A stretch of 64,000 bases of DNA from positions 32,001 to 96,000 of the forward strand of contig CBFIJH010000004.1 of assembly GCA_965662895.1 (NCBI GenBank). The letters run 5' to 3'. Below are positions 51,001 to 58,905 of the stretch, piece after piece. The notes below the pieces were generated by a model, which was not told the origin of the DNA, ran no database searches, and worked only from the letters and a program-made list of their open reading frames with translations. The translations under genes and the position numbers were made by a program. The first letter of the stretch is position 1, and each line of letters begins with the position of its first letter. Origin of the DNA: Candidatus Poseidoniaceae archaeon (GTDB taxonomy: Archaea > Thermoplasmatota > Poseidoniia > Poseidoniales > Poseidoniaceae).

Positions 51001-52921
51001 AACAACGGTGACGCCGCTAATCGCTCCCGAACACGGGCTGATGGACATTCTGAATTGGATTGATGGCGCACAATCCTCCCTTCACGTCCACCTTTACATC
51101 CTGCAATCGAGCGAAATCGCTCAAGCATTGGTCGATGCGAAGAATCGTGGAGTCGATGTCGTTGTTGTTCTCAATGAACCTGAGGATTGGTGGAATTCCA
51201 ACGATAAACAAGCACAGCAGGCGTATGCGCATTCGTTGAAACAATCGGGCATTGATGTTCATTGGTTTGGCGGCTCTGGTGACGACCCCTATCTCTACCT
51301 CCATTCAAAAGTCGCAGTGAGGGACGATTCTTCCGTGTGGATTGGTTCCGGGAACTGGAAACCATCCTCCTTGCCGTACGACGGAGATCGAGGCAATCGT
51401 GATTGGGGACTTCTGATTGAGAGCGTCCAACTTGCCAACATCGTTCGATCGAATATGGCGTACGACGAGACGTCCAATTACGTCCTCGATGTATCGTCCA
51501 CTGCCCCGACGAATTCCTATGTCATTCCCGAGGCACAAGAGATCAATCAAGCAACAGCGCAAGCCCTTACTGGGACGTTTAGCGGCCAGTTGCTGACGTG
51601 CCCGGATGACTGTGTTGAAGGTTTAACCGATCTGATTGTATCCGCTGATGACGAGATCTTGCTCTCATTGCAATACCTCGATTTGGATTGGAAATGGGGC
51701 TGGGGCGAGAATCCTTTGATTTCTGCCCTTGAACAAGCTGCAATCGATGGTGTTGCTATACGTCTCATCATCAACGGGGCTTATCTCGACGAGGACATTC
51801 AGGATGTTGTCGATCAAATCAACAACGATTGGAACATCACCAATGGTTGGGATGCATCAGCCGTCATCATGAGCGAAGATGACGATGTCATGAAGTTGCA
51901 CAACAAAGGAGCCATTGTTGATGGTGAGTCCGTTCTCATTTCAAGCATCAACTGGGGCGATTCAGCGATGGTTCGAAATCGTGAAATGGGCCTCATTGTT
52001 ACCTCATCCGAAGTCGCTGCTCCGTTCCTTGAATCGTGGTACGCTGATTGGAACCGTTTGGACAATGTCACGGATACGGACAACGATGGGATGCCAGACA
52101 TCTTTGAAGTGAACAATGGATTGAACCGGACTGTTTCGGTCCACAATGGTGTTTTGGAAGCGGACATGGACAACGATAACGATGGATTGTCCAATCTTGA
52201 TGAGTACATGCTCGGAGGTCATCCACTGAATCCTGATACGGACGGTGATTGTATTCCTGATGCTGTTGAAGTAAGTTGGGCACAAACAACCGCTCTTGAT
52301 CCAAGCGTTGAAGACGTTTCGCCAGAAGATGCAATCAATCGCGCAGATGCTGATGGTGACGGTACAAATGAGGCGGATGCATTGGGTTGTGATCTAGGTG
52401 GAATTGACCCTATTGATACAAACGACGACCAGACAAACGATACGAGCACAGATGATGACAACGATGGCGTGTTGGATGTGAATGATGAATGTCCAGATAC
52501 GCCTGCAAACACACCGACCGATGTGAGTGGTTGTTCTTCTGAACAACGCAATCAGAAAGCAGGTGATGCGGCTGGTGAGGCTGACGAAGGATTCGGAGAA
52601 AATTTCATGCTGATTCTAATGCTTGGAGGCCTACTCTTACTTATCGGGGCTGTGTACGGCATTGTTCAATCTCGCAAAGAAAATGAGGCAACTAAGGATT
52701 GGGTCACCGAACAACATATTGACGACGTTGTTGGTACGGAAGCTCAATGGGAGCAGCCTGTTCTTGATGGAAGAGGTGAAGAAACAGATTCAGGACTTGC
52801 GAAGGAACTTGATCGCTTCCCCGGTTGGACCGAGGAGATGCTGCAGCAATACTTGGACCATGGCTGGACGCTGGACCAGTTGGAGGAATACTACCAACAA
52901 CAGGTCGCAGAACAGGGATAA
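48032..52921 (+). CDS. Surface enzyme: six lamin-tail-like domains + phospholipase D-superfamily domain (2 HKD) + TSP3-like repeats + TM
   Basis: Six 'INEV..P....EW.ELYN'-type units; 'HSKVAVRD..WIGSGNW' and 'HNKGAIVD..ISSINW..NRE'; DxDxDG repeats; TM and Trp-rich tail. Confidence 0.88.
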   Translation: MRFETIFLISLMLLVPLTPLVEPAEATSARAQPCGGSVCINEVMPNPNGYDDAAWPNGEWLELYNGGTSSVDVRNWYFSNKASRILTLNSASIVGYNASNPSTYTIAPGDYMIVARNASTNFYVANSNDFMTLYDSSNGWVDEATWNSTSSGVSLEEDPSNAYNDWIPTSNPTPGSVNTGGGGGTGGPTYAQSDVIINEVMADPWPSYDNATWPSGEWVELYNNGTSAIDLAGYWLQDVAGNMITLNENHLIGASTDASSFLIHPQETRIVAVNSTTNSGVLNNGQETLRLYLANGSIGHEVLWSSNQPGFSLEASSTGTMWQYSTYPTPNATNAPKIEQITSAGDVVLNEIFPVSTMDGTAAPDGEWVEFYNGGIVDVDLYGWSIIDGMGNVTFLDPGSIVVNSSQGSTMIHADERRLVEFTGDTRLWDNYNHLVIRDSTGAIVDMGHYTTNYGPDISLLRGQNYHDPWTPSITPSPGQPEPTPTPTTGDVKITEVLPDAVGSDSASYPNGEWIEIRNMGTEEVDVAGWRFSAENRNLILHQYNMPSKSDTVLQPGETALIALNGTSQFYLKHTTPDQIFLNDGNGVVVHSAQWTHTLEGGSLINNTESHAGAGPNGANAPSSSTTWGVDDWINSAWATPGEENPKWPEYTESENVLVTEIATSCDLPTFQPAADWIEVYNDGESEVNLSRWILQTDYSSNPLMGRQFIDASMVWDSTSTDVLLQPMERMVVELEHDIFGPDLDDVSAMNLLNPDGDLVLTIAPPVSHLSTTCATYGYNSTNAEWLEFLWPTPGSPEPDATMMASLDDIKFSSIMWDGVSSISTEMEFFELTNIGTDTAILNGWSIRRIASDGTSFESQITNLEIDATSSVKLSNDVTALELFEGGEILDMSAAMENPIYLLDSGMALQLIHPTGVVADTIVYKNGPVESEGWSGVALSEPVSGIDNLILYRGDGCGILTDTNQSTDWHQRWGRLGASDFCAESGFDDATTVTPLIAPEHGLMDILNWIDGAQSSLHVHLYILQSSEIAQALVDAKNRGVDVVVVLNEPEDWWNSNDKQAQQAYAHSLKQSGIDVHWFGGSGDDPYLYLHSKVAVRDDSSVWIGSGNWKPSSLPYDGDRGNRDWGLLIESVQLANIVRSNMAYDETSNYVLDVSSTAPTNSYVIPEAQEINQATAQALTGTFSGQLLTCPDDCVEGLTDLIVSADDEILLSLQYLDLDWKWGWGENPLISALEQAAIDGVAIRLIINGAYLDEDIQDVVDQINNDWNITNGWDASAVIMSEDDDVMKLHNKGAIVDGESVLISSINWGDSAMVRNREMGLIVTSSEVAAPFLESWYADWNRLDNVTDTDNDGMPDIFEVNNGLNRTVSVHNGVLEADMDNDNDGLSNLDEYMLGGHPLNPDTDGDCIPDAVEVSWAQTTALDPSVEDVSPEDAINRADADGDGTNEADALGCDLGGIDPIDTNDDQTNDTSTDDDNDGVLDVNDECPDTPANTPTDVSGCSSEQRNQKAGDAAGEADEGFGENFMLILMLGGLLLLIGAVYGIVQSRKENEATKDWVTEQHIDDVVGTEAQWEQPVLDGRGEETDSGLAKELDRFPGWTEEMLQQYLDHGWTLDQLEEYYQQQVAEQG

Positions 52922-52961
52922 GTCGCGTAACCTTGACAAAGGACCACACCCTAGGTATTCC

Positions 52962-53702
52962 ATGGCCTACAACTCGTCGAACCCTGTCTTCCAACCAGCC
53001 TTTTGGAATTCGATTCAAGGCAATGACCGAATGACCCTTGAAGGGACACTGCAAAAAACCGGCATTTTGTTTGGTATGGCAACAATCAGTGCTGTCGGAT
53101 CGATTGCACTCGGATTCATCATGCCGTCCCTCCTTTATCCACTAATGATCTTGGGTATGTTTGGCACGATTGGCATGGGGGTATTCTTGATGTTTGCTCG
53201 CCCGGCTGAACCAACAGGATTTGTGCTTGCTTACGCAACGCTCGAAGGTCTGTTTATCGGACCTCTTACGCTCGTGTTCGAGGTGTTCTATCCAGGTATA
53301 GCGATTCAGGCGGGGCTTGCAACCTTCGGGGTTGTTGCTTCTATGCTCACCATCTACTCTCTAGGTATTCTACGTCCAACACCTACATTCAACAAGATTG
53401 TCTTCACCCTAACCGGTTCAATCATGCTGATGTACATGATTAACATATTCCTCTACTTCCTGACTCCCTGGACGATACCCTTCCTTCACTCCTCGGGACC
53501 GATTGGAATTGGGATTAGTGTATTCATCATTATCGTTGCGTCAATGATGTTGATTTCCAACTTCGGCATGATTCATGCTGGCGTTCGAATGGGGGCACCG
53601 AAGAAGCAAGAATGGTGGGGCGCTTTCGGAATCATGGTGACGGTAATTTGGTTGTATTTCGAAATGCTTCGCTTGATTGCCAAACTCCGCGACTCAAGGT
53701 GA
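52962..53702 (+). CDS. Bax inhibitor-1/YccA family membrane protein
   Basis: 'SSNPVF', 'MTLEGTLQKT', 'YATLEGLFIG', 'YPGIAIQA' and 'GAPKKQEWWGAFGIMVTVIWLYFEMLRL'. Start moved to ATG 52962. Confidence 0.9.
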   Translation: MAYNSSNPVFQPAFWNSIQGNDRMTLEGTLQKTGILFGMATISAVGSIALGFIMPSLLYPLMILGMFGTIGMGVFLMFARPAEPTGFVLAYATLEGLFIGPLTLVFEVFYPGIAIQAGLATFGVVASMLTIYSLGILRPTPTFNKIVFTLTGSIMLMYMINIFLYFLTPWTIPFLHSSGPIGIGISVFIIIVASMMLISNFGMIHAGVRMGAPKKQEWWGAFGIMVTVIWLYFEMLRLIAKLRDSR

Positions 53703-53706
53703 TACG

Positions 53707-54669
53707 TTGGCACGTCCTCTGCCCATCGCTGATCTCAATGATTTTCTATCCGGTGATGAACAACGAATTCAAGCGTTCATCCAAACGGTCGGAGATTCGC
53801 TTGCAGACATTGGGTTCTTTGCCCTGACCAATCACGGTATTGATCTTGAATTAATCGAGGCCACCTACGATGTGGCTGAATCATTCTTTTTGCTTGAGGA
53901 ATCTGTGAAGCATCAATATGCGAAACCAGAAATTTCTCACCAACGTGGTTACACTGCTTTTGGTGTTGAACATGCAAAAGACAATCCTGCTCCAGACCTC
54001 AAAGAATTCTGGCAGACTGGAAGAGGTCAGCAAGGAAGTGAAACAGATACAAAATATCCGATGAATGTCTGGCCGAACCGGCACATCCCCGGTTTCGAGG
54101 AAAAAGTTGACAACTTGTACAACCGAATGGAGGAAATCTCCAATCAATTGCTTTCCGCTTGCAGCATCTACCTTGGCAAAGCGTCCACTTGGCTTCCTTC
54201 AATGGCTGAAAGAGGGAACACAATCATGCGAATAATCCACTATCCGCCTCTTGATTCGAACACGCCTGAAGGTGCGGTTCGCTCAGCGGCTCACGAGGAC
54301 ATCAATTTCATCACCTTATTGATGACTGCAACTGCTGCAGGCCTTCAGGTCATGGATCATGATGGGACATGGATTGATGTTGTAGGAAATCATGAACAAA
54401 TCATTGTTGATTCTGGAGATATGATTCAGAATTTGACCAACGGTTTGTTCAAGTCGACGACGCATCGGGTTGTTAACCCTGGCGACCCAACACAACGACG
54501 TTTCTCGATGCCCATGTTTGTTCACCCACGAAACGAGATTGATCTGACGCCACTACCCGAATTTATCGACCGAACCAGTGGTTCGGCAGATTTCCCATCA
54601 ATTACTGCTGGTGAGTATCTTCATCAACGACTTGCTGAAATTGGATTGGTATCAATTGACGAGGGTTGA
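53707..54669 (+). CDS. 2-oxoglutarate/Fe(II) oxygenase, isopenicillin-N-synthase-like family
   Basis: 'GFFALTNHG', 'RGY', 'DLKE', 'RIIHYPP', HxD 'HED', distal His 'THRV' and RxS 'RFS'. TTG start at 53707 after a GGTGA SD. Confidence 0.9.
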   Translation: MARPLPIADLNDFLSGDEQRIQAFIQTVGDSLADIGFFALTNHGIDLELIEATYDVAESFFLLEESVKHQYAKPEISHQRGYTAFGVEHAKDNPAPDLKEFWQTGRGQQGSETDTKYPMNVWPNRHIPGFEEKVDNLYNRMEEISNQLLSACSIYLGKASTWLPSMAERGNTIMRIIHYPPLDSNTPEGAVRSAAHEDINFITLLMTATAAGLQVMDHDGTWIDVVGNHEQIIVDSGDMIQNLTNGLFKSTTHRVVNPGDPTQRRFSMPMFVHPRNEIDLTPLPEFIDRTSGSADFPSITAGEYLHQRLAEIGLVSIDEG

Positions 54670-54674
54670 AGTCA

Positions 54675-55946
54675 ATGCATATTCCAAATTTGCTTGCCAA
54701 AAAACGGGACGGGCATGGGCTCGAGCAACGAGAAATCGAGTGGTTTATCCAACATCTTCATGAGATTCCGAATGAACAAATTGGTGCATTTTTGATGGCC
54801 TGCCAAATCAATGGTTTGAATGCTGAGGAAACAACATACCTCACCAAGGCCATGCTCGACCAAGGAAAACGCCTTTCGAATCGAGACGGGGCTATCGACA
54901 AACACTCAACAGGTGGCGTTGGTGATAAAATGAGCCTCATCCTTGCTCCTGCATTGCGTGCCTGTGGAGCAATCGTGCCAATGTTGGCGGGAAGAGGATT
55001 GGCGCATACTGGAGGGACCATCGACAAACTGGAGGCGATTCCAGGCTTCAACACGGGACTAAGCATTGAACAAATGGAACACAATCCGTGTTTTATTTCG
55101 CGCCAAACCGATGAGATTGCTCCAACCGATTCCATCCTTTACGCAATTCGTGATGTTACAGCAACGGTTCCGTGTATTGGTTTGATCACTGCATCCATTC
55201 TTTCAAAGAAGGCTGCGGAAGGAATCCAAGCCCTCGTGCTCGATGTCAAATATGGCCGAGCTGCATTTATGCAACATTCAGATGATGCAAGAAAACTTGC
55301 AAAATCGATGATTCGTGTTGGCACTGAACTCGGAATTGAAGTTACGGCTCAACTTACAGAAATGGATCATCCAATCGGCAACATGCTTGGAAACAGTCAT
55401 GAAATTGTTGAATCGATTCAGTGTCTCAAAGGCCAAGGACCTGTTGATACCATGGAATTGGTGCATGCTCAAGCAAATGCATTGGGTTTTGAAGTTTCAG
55501 AAGTCATCGCAAACGGTTCAGCGCTTGAAGAATTCAGGCGAATGCTGGAACGTCAAGATGTTGACGCCCTTACCGCTCAGAAACTCATCGATGAGCCTTG
55601 GAGCGTGTTGGAGCGTGCACCCCAGCAATACGCAATACTCTCCGAAAAATCCGGATATGTAGCGGATATGGATGCCCTAGCAATCGGTCAAGTTCTTTGC
55701 GAAGCAGGCGCTGGTCGCTCGATGCAAGGTGATGACATCGACCATGGAGTAGGCATTGAAATTCATCATCGCATCGGTTCAAAGATCGAAGAAGATGATG
55801 TTATTCTAACGCTCGATGGCCCATTTGGCCTCGATGTTCACCTCCTTCAGCGATTGAAAGATTCGATTACAATCTCCGATTATCAAGTTGGTGTTGCTTC
55901 AAGGATTCTTGAAAGTCTAACAATTGACGATGGCTCAACGACTTGA
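54675..55946 (+). CDS. deoA: Thymidine/pyrimidine-nucleoside phosphorylase (bacterial type)
   Basis: 'KKRDG', 'DKHSTGGVGDK', 'GRGLAHTGGTIDKLE', 'RDVTATV', 'ASILSKK' and 'LDVKYG'; no archaeal AMP-phosphorylase N-terminal extension. Confidence 0.92.
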   Translation: MHIPNLLAKKRDGHGLEQREIEWFIQHLHEIPNEQIGAFLMACQINGLNAEETTYLTKAMLDQGKRLSNRDGAIDKHSTGGVGDKMSLILAPALRACGAIVPMLAGRGLAHTGGTIDKLEAIPGFNTGLSIEQMEHNPCFISRQTDEIAPTDSILYAIRDVTATVPCIGLITASILSKKAAEGIQALVLDVKYGRAAFMQHSDDARKLAKSMIRVGTELGIEVTAQLTEMDHPIGNMLGNSHEIVESIQCLKGQGPVDTMELVHAQANALGFEVSEVIANGSALEEFRRMLERQDVDALTAQKLIDEPWSVLERAPQQYAILSEKSGYVADMDALAIGQVLCEAGAGRSMQGDDIDHGVGIEIHHRIGSKIEEDDVILTLDGPFGLDVHLLQRLKDSITISDYQVGVASRILESLTIDDGSTT

Positions 55947-55989
55947 ACCGATGGAAGCCGTCATAAAGGAGATGTTGCTGGCCAAACTC

Positions 55990-56062
55990 GCCGATTTAGC
56001 TTAGTTGGTGGAGCGTGGGACTGTTAATCCCAAGGTCGTGGGTTCGAGCCCCACAATCGGCG
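55990..56062 (+). tRNA. tRNA-Asn(GTT)
   Basis: GCCGATT TAGCTTAGTTGGTGGAGCG TGGGA-CTGTTAA-TCCCA AGGTC GTGGG-TTCGAGC-CCCAC AATCGGC G; no CCA. Confidence 0.95.
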
Positions 56063-56095
56063 TAAATTGAACTCCAACCATAACGAGGTGAAAAC

Positions 56096-56245
56096 TTGGT
56101 TTCCGAAACTGTTCTCGGCGTGTTGTTCTGTTTCTTGTTTCCACTTGCCTTTGCCGTTCGATTCTGGTCGTGGTATGCGATGTTCAAGAACAATGAGCAA
56201 TTGAAACTGGCAAGACAACAAGCAGAGTATGAGAATCAACCTTGA
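56096..56245 (+). CDS. 49-aa single-pass membrane microprotein (absent from the ORF track)
   Basis: GAGGTG SD 5 nt before TTG; translates MVSETVLGVLFCFLFPLAFAVRFWSWYAMFKNNEQLKLARQQAEYENQP*. Confidence 0.6.
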   Translation: MVSETVLGVLFCFLFPLAFAVRFWSWYAMFKNNEQLKLARQQAEYENQP

Positions 56246-56367
56246 CCCCAGTTGATATCTCCACCCATTGTTGATGTGGGGGCTGCAGCGGGTTATGCAG
56301 GTTGAGGCATGACTGTAGATATCACCATGCATGTAAACACAGTTCAATGATTTTTAGGAGAGGAATA

Positions 56368-57315
56368 TTATTCCCACTCGATGGTTCCGGGTGGTTTGTG
56401 TGTAATATCGTACACGACTCGATTGACAGCACCCTTGACCGTGTTGGTAATACGCGTACTAATTTTCTGGAGAATATGATGTGGTATCTCTGAGTACCGT
56501 GCCGACATTCCATCCATACTTCGGACTGCTCGAACAACAATGGTTTCGCCATAGGCACGGACGTCACCATGAACACCAACGGATCGAACGGGTAACAGTG
56601 CAGCAAAATATTGCCATGGCAATTCCATTTCACCTGCTTCAGCTCCTGCTTCAAATTCTTCCTCAACAATGGCACATGCCTCTCGAACCACTTCAACACG
56701 TTCTGGCGTGAGATCACCCAATGTTCGGACAGCCAGACCTGGTCCAGGGAATGGTTGGCGCTCTGCTACGACAATATCGAGTTCTCGGGCAAGTTCTCGA
56801 ACTTCGTCTTTGTACAATTCACGAAGAGGTTCAACGACTTCAAGCGTCATATCTTCGGGCAATCCACCAACGTTGTGATGAGATTTTATCGTGTCGCGAA
56901 CACCACCCCCAGATTCAATCCAGTCAGGAGCAATTGTACCTTGAACGAGGTATTTTGCACCGCATTTTTTCTGTTCGTCTTCAAAGATACGAATGAACAA
57001 TTCACCAATGACTTTCCGCTTTTGCTCAGGTTCCGTAACGCCTTTCAATGCCTCAAAGTATCGATCTGCAGCCTTCACAGTGATCAGATTGATGCCCTGC
57101 TCGGAAAGCATCGCTTCAATTTCCTCAGTTTCATTTTTTCTCATGAAGCCAGTATCAACATACACACAGTGAAGGAGATCCCCGACTGCTTTACTGGCAA
57201 GAACTGCGGCAACTGTCGAGTCAACACCGCCTGAGCATGCAATGATTGCAACATCATCGATTGTTGCTTTCAATTGCTGAATCGATTCCTCGATAAATTC
57301 AGGCGCATCAAACAT
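56368..57315 (-). CDS. guaAB: GMP synthase subunit B (ATP pyrophosphatase)
   Basis: PP-loop 'SGGVDS', 'QGTIAPDWIES', 'IKSHHNVGGLP', 'RQPFPGPGL' and 'KPPGTIEWE'. Confidence 0.96.
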   Translation of the reverse strand: MFDAPEFIEESIQQLKATIDDVAIIACSGGVDSTVAAVLASKAVGDLLHCVYVDTGFMRKNETEEIEAMLSEQGINLITVKAADRYFEALKGVTEPEQKRKVIGELFIRIFEDEQKKCGAKYLVQGTIAPDWIESGGGVRDTIKSHHNVGGLPEDMTLEVVEPLRELYKDEVRELARELDIVVAERQPFPGPGLAVRTLGDLTPERVEVVREACAIVEEEFEAGAEAGEMELPWQYFAALLPVRSVGVHGDVRAYGETIVVRAVRSMDGMSARYSEIPHHILQKISTRITNTVKGAVNRVVYDITHKPPGTIEWE

Positions 57316-57316
57316 C

Positions 57317-57802
57317 TCAAGCCCTGCCGTTGACTTCTCGATCCATTTGCAGTACGCGCTCTACTTGATCGAGTTTGTCTTGAACGAGGCGTTGTGCCAT
57401 TTCGTCATCGACGAGTGCCAGCATTTGGACAGCAAGATGTCCTGCATTGTCACCACGGTCGACACCGACGGTTGCAGCCGGAACGCCAGGTGGTAGCTGG
57501 ACGATGGAAAGGAGCGAATCAAACGGTACACGGCCTCCACACGGAACACCGATAACGGGCTTGGTGGTTAAAGCAGCGACTGCTCCGGGAAGAGCGGCTG
57601 CGAGGCCTGCCATTGCGATGAAGACTTTGCATCCATCCCCCTCTGCTTTGTGGATGATTTCCTCAACGAATTTAGGAGAGCGGTGGGCAGATGCTACGCG
57701 CAGTTGGTAATTTACTCCGAATTTGTCAAGCACTTTTGTGCACTTTTCAGCAATCGGCATGTCAGACTTCGAACCCAGTAAGATAGATACATCCATGACC
57801 AT
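57317..57802 (-). CDS. purE: N5-CAIR mutase / AIR carboxylase family
   Basis: 'LGSKSD', 'SAHRSP', 'PVIGVP' and 'SIVQLPPGVP'. Confidence 0.93.
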   Translation of the reverse strand: MVMDVSILLGSKSDMPIAEKCTKVLDKFGVNYQLRVASAHRSPKFVEEIIHKAEGDGCKVFIAMAGLAAALPGAVAALTTKPVIGVPCGGRVPFDSLLSIVQLPPGVPAATVGVDRGDNAGHLAVQMLALVDDEMAQRLVQDKLDQVERVLQMDREVNGRA

Positions 57803-57834
57803 TTCCCATCGCGGGTAGTTCTTTTAGATGACCC

Positions 57835-58449
57835 TCACTCTTCTTCGAACAAAAATCTCTCAAGATCAAAGATTTTCTCGGAGAAAACATCGAGATGCAG
57901 CCAACAACCCTCTTCATCGAAAGCACAATACATGACCGCAAGTTGTTGTTTTGTTCGAGAAATCGCCATGAGGCCATTGTTTGGTTTCGCATTCAAAATG
58001 TTCCAATGGCCCAATCTTGAAGGGTTGAGTTTCAGATATCGGGAAGGATTCCACTCTCTGCGGAACTGAACGCCGCGCCCAGCCGAGGTTTGATTTGCGA
58101 CGCGATAGGTTGCAACAAAGAGACATGCGCACAAACCGAGTGGAATCCACAAAGAGACTTCAATCAGAAATGCTGAGCATAGCGACAGCAAGAGCAAGAG
58201 AACACTAAGGTGTACTCCTCGATGCAAAACAAGTACACGACGTTGGGAAAATGTTGAGAATAGTGCCAAACCGAGTAGAGCGTTGGTAACAAGAATAAAC
58301 CATTGAACGAGGAAAATGTACTTCCCAGAAACGAGCATGAGAATCGGAAAGGCCATGGTCAATAGAGATCCAGCCATGGTAAACAATGGAAGAATCATGA
58401 CGGCCCTCTCTTCAGAAGGATACCAACCGTCAACAAACAGTCCTACCAT
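57835..58449 (-). CDS. Hypothetical membrane protein (about 4 TMs)
   Basis: Hydrophobic segments followed by a soluble C-terminus; start moved to ATG 58449 to avoid overlapping the divergent gene. Confidence 0.6.
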   Translation of the reverse strand: MVGLFVDGWYPSEERAVMILPLFTMAGSLLTMAFPILMLVSGKYIFLVQWFILVTNALLGLALFSTFSQRRVLVLHRGVHLSVLLLLLSLCSAFLIEVSLWIPLGLCACLFVATYRVANQTSAGRGVQFRREWNPSRYLKLNPSRLGHWNILNAKPNNGLMAISRTKQQLAVMYCAFDEEGCWLHLDVFSEKIFDLERFLFEEE

Positions 58450-58530
58450 GACCTTTGGAAAACACTCGAGTTCTTGTTTCTGTTGGGTATCGGCGATGAA
58501 GTTAAATCGAAAAGACGATTTGTTCACACA

Positions 58531-58905
58531 ATGGAACAGGTGTACAGGTGCGACTCAGATTCGTTCTTATCTCGATTGAACGAGCATCATAATTTGCAAC
58601 TTGTTCATCGTGGACAAGAGATTCAAGTCCACCGTGGCTTGTTTCAATATGTGATACTCACATACAACGAGATTGGTGATGAGTTGGTCGTGCGTTTTCG
58701 GCCAAGCATTCCAATACTCGGATTACTTGTGTTATCTTCGATTTTGGTTGCAACTTCCTTCGTCGTTTCGTGGTTGTGGCTATTCGTTGAGTTGATGTTT
58801 ATTGGAACGGCTTTCATCGTCTATTCATCCCAACTCACGTGGGAATTGTTGCAGTTTACACAAGAACCGATTACGCTTCGTTCTCATTCATCATCGAACG
58901 GATGA
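58531..58905 (+). CDS. Hypothetical membrane protein (2 TMs)
   Basis: 124 aa from ATG 58531; overlaps the gcvPB 3' end by 22 bp (convergent). Confidence 0.5.
   Translation: MEQVYRCDSDSFLSRLNEHHNLQLVHRGQEIQVHRGLFQYVILTYNEIGDELVVRFRPSIPILGLLVLSSILVATSFVVSWLWLFVELMFIGTAFIVYSSQLTWELLQFTQEPITLRSHSSSNG

Noticed and set aside
52623-52961. 113-aa N-terminal extension of the BI-1/YccA ORF
   Set aside because: It overlaps the PLD gene in another frame; the family-typical start is MAYNSSNP at 52962.
43214-56062. Integrated element between the two tRNAs
   Set aside because: No integrase, no duplicated tRNA 3' end and no evident compositional shift; both tRNA 3' ends point away from the region.
55996-56347. 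Minus-strand ORFs of 65 and 107 aa
   Set aside because: They run antisense through tRNA-Asn and the better-supported 49-aa + strand ORF.
56368-57315. Truncated guaA pseudogene
   Set aside because: Split GMP synthase, with a separate glutaminase subunit, is normal in archaea.
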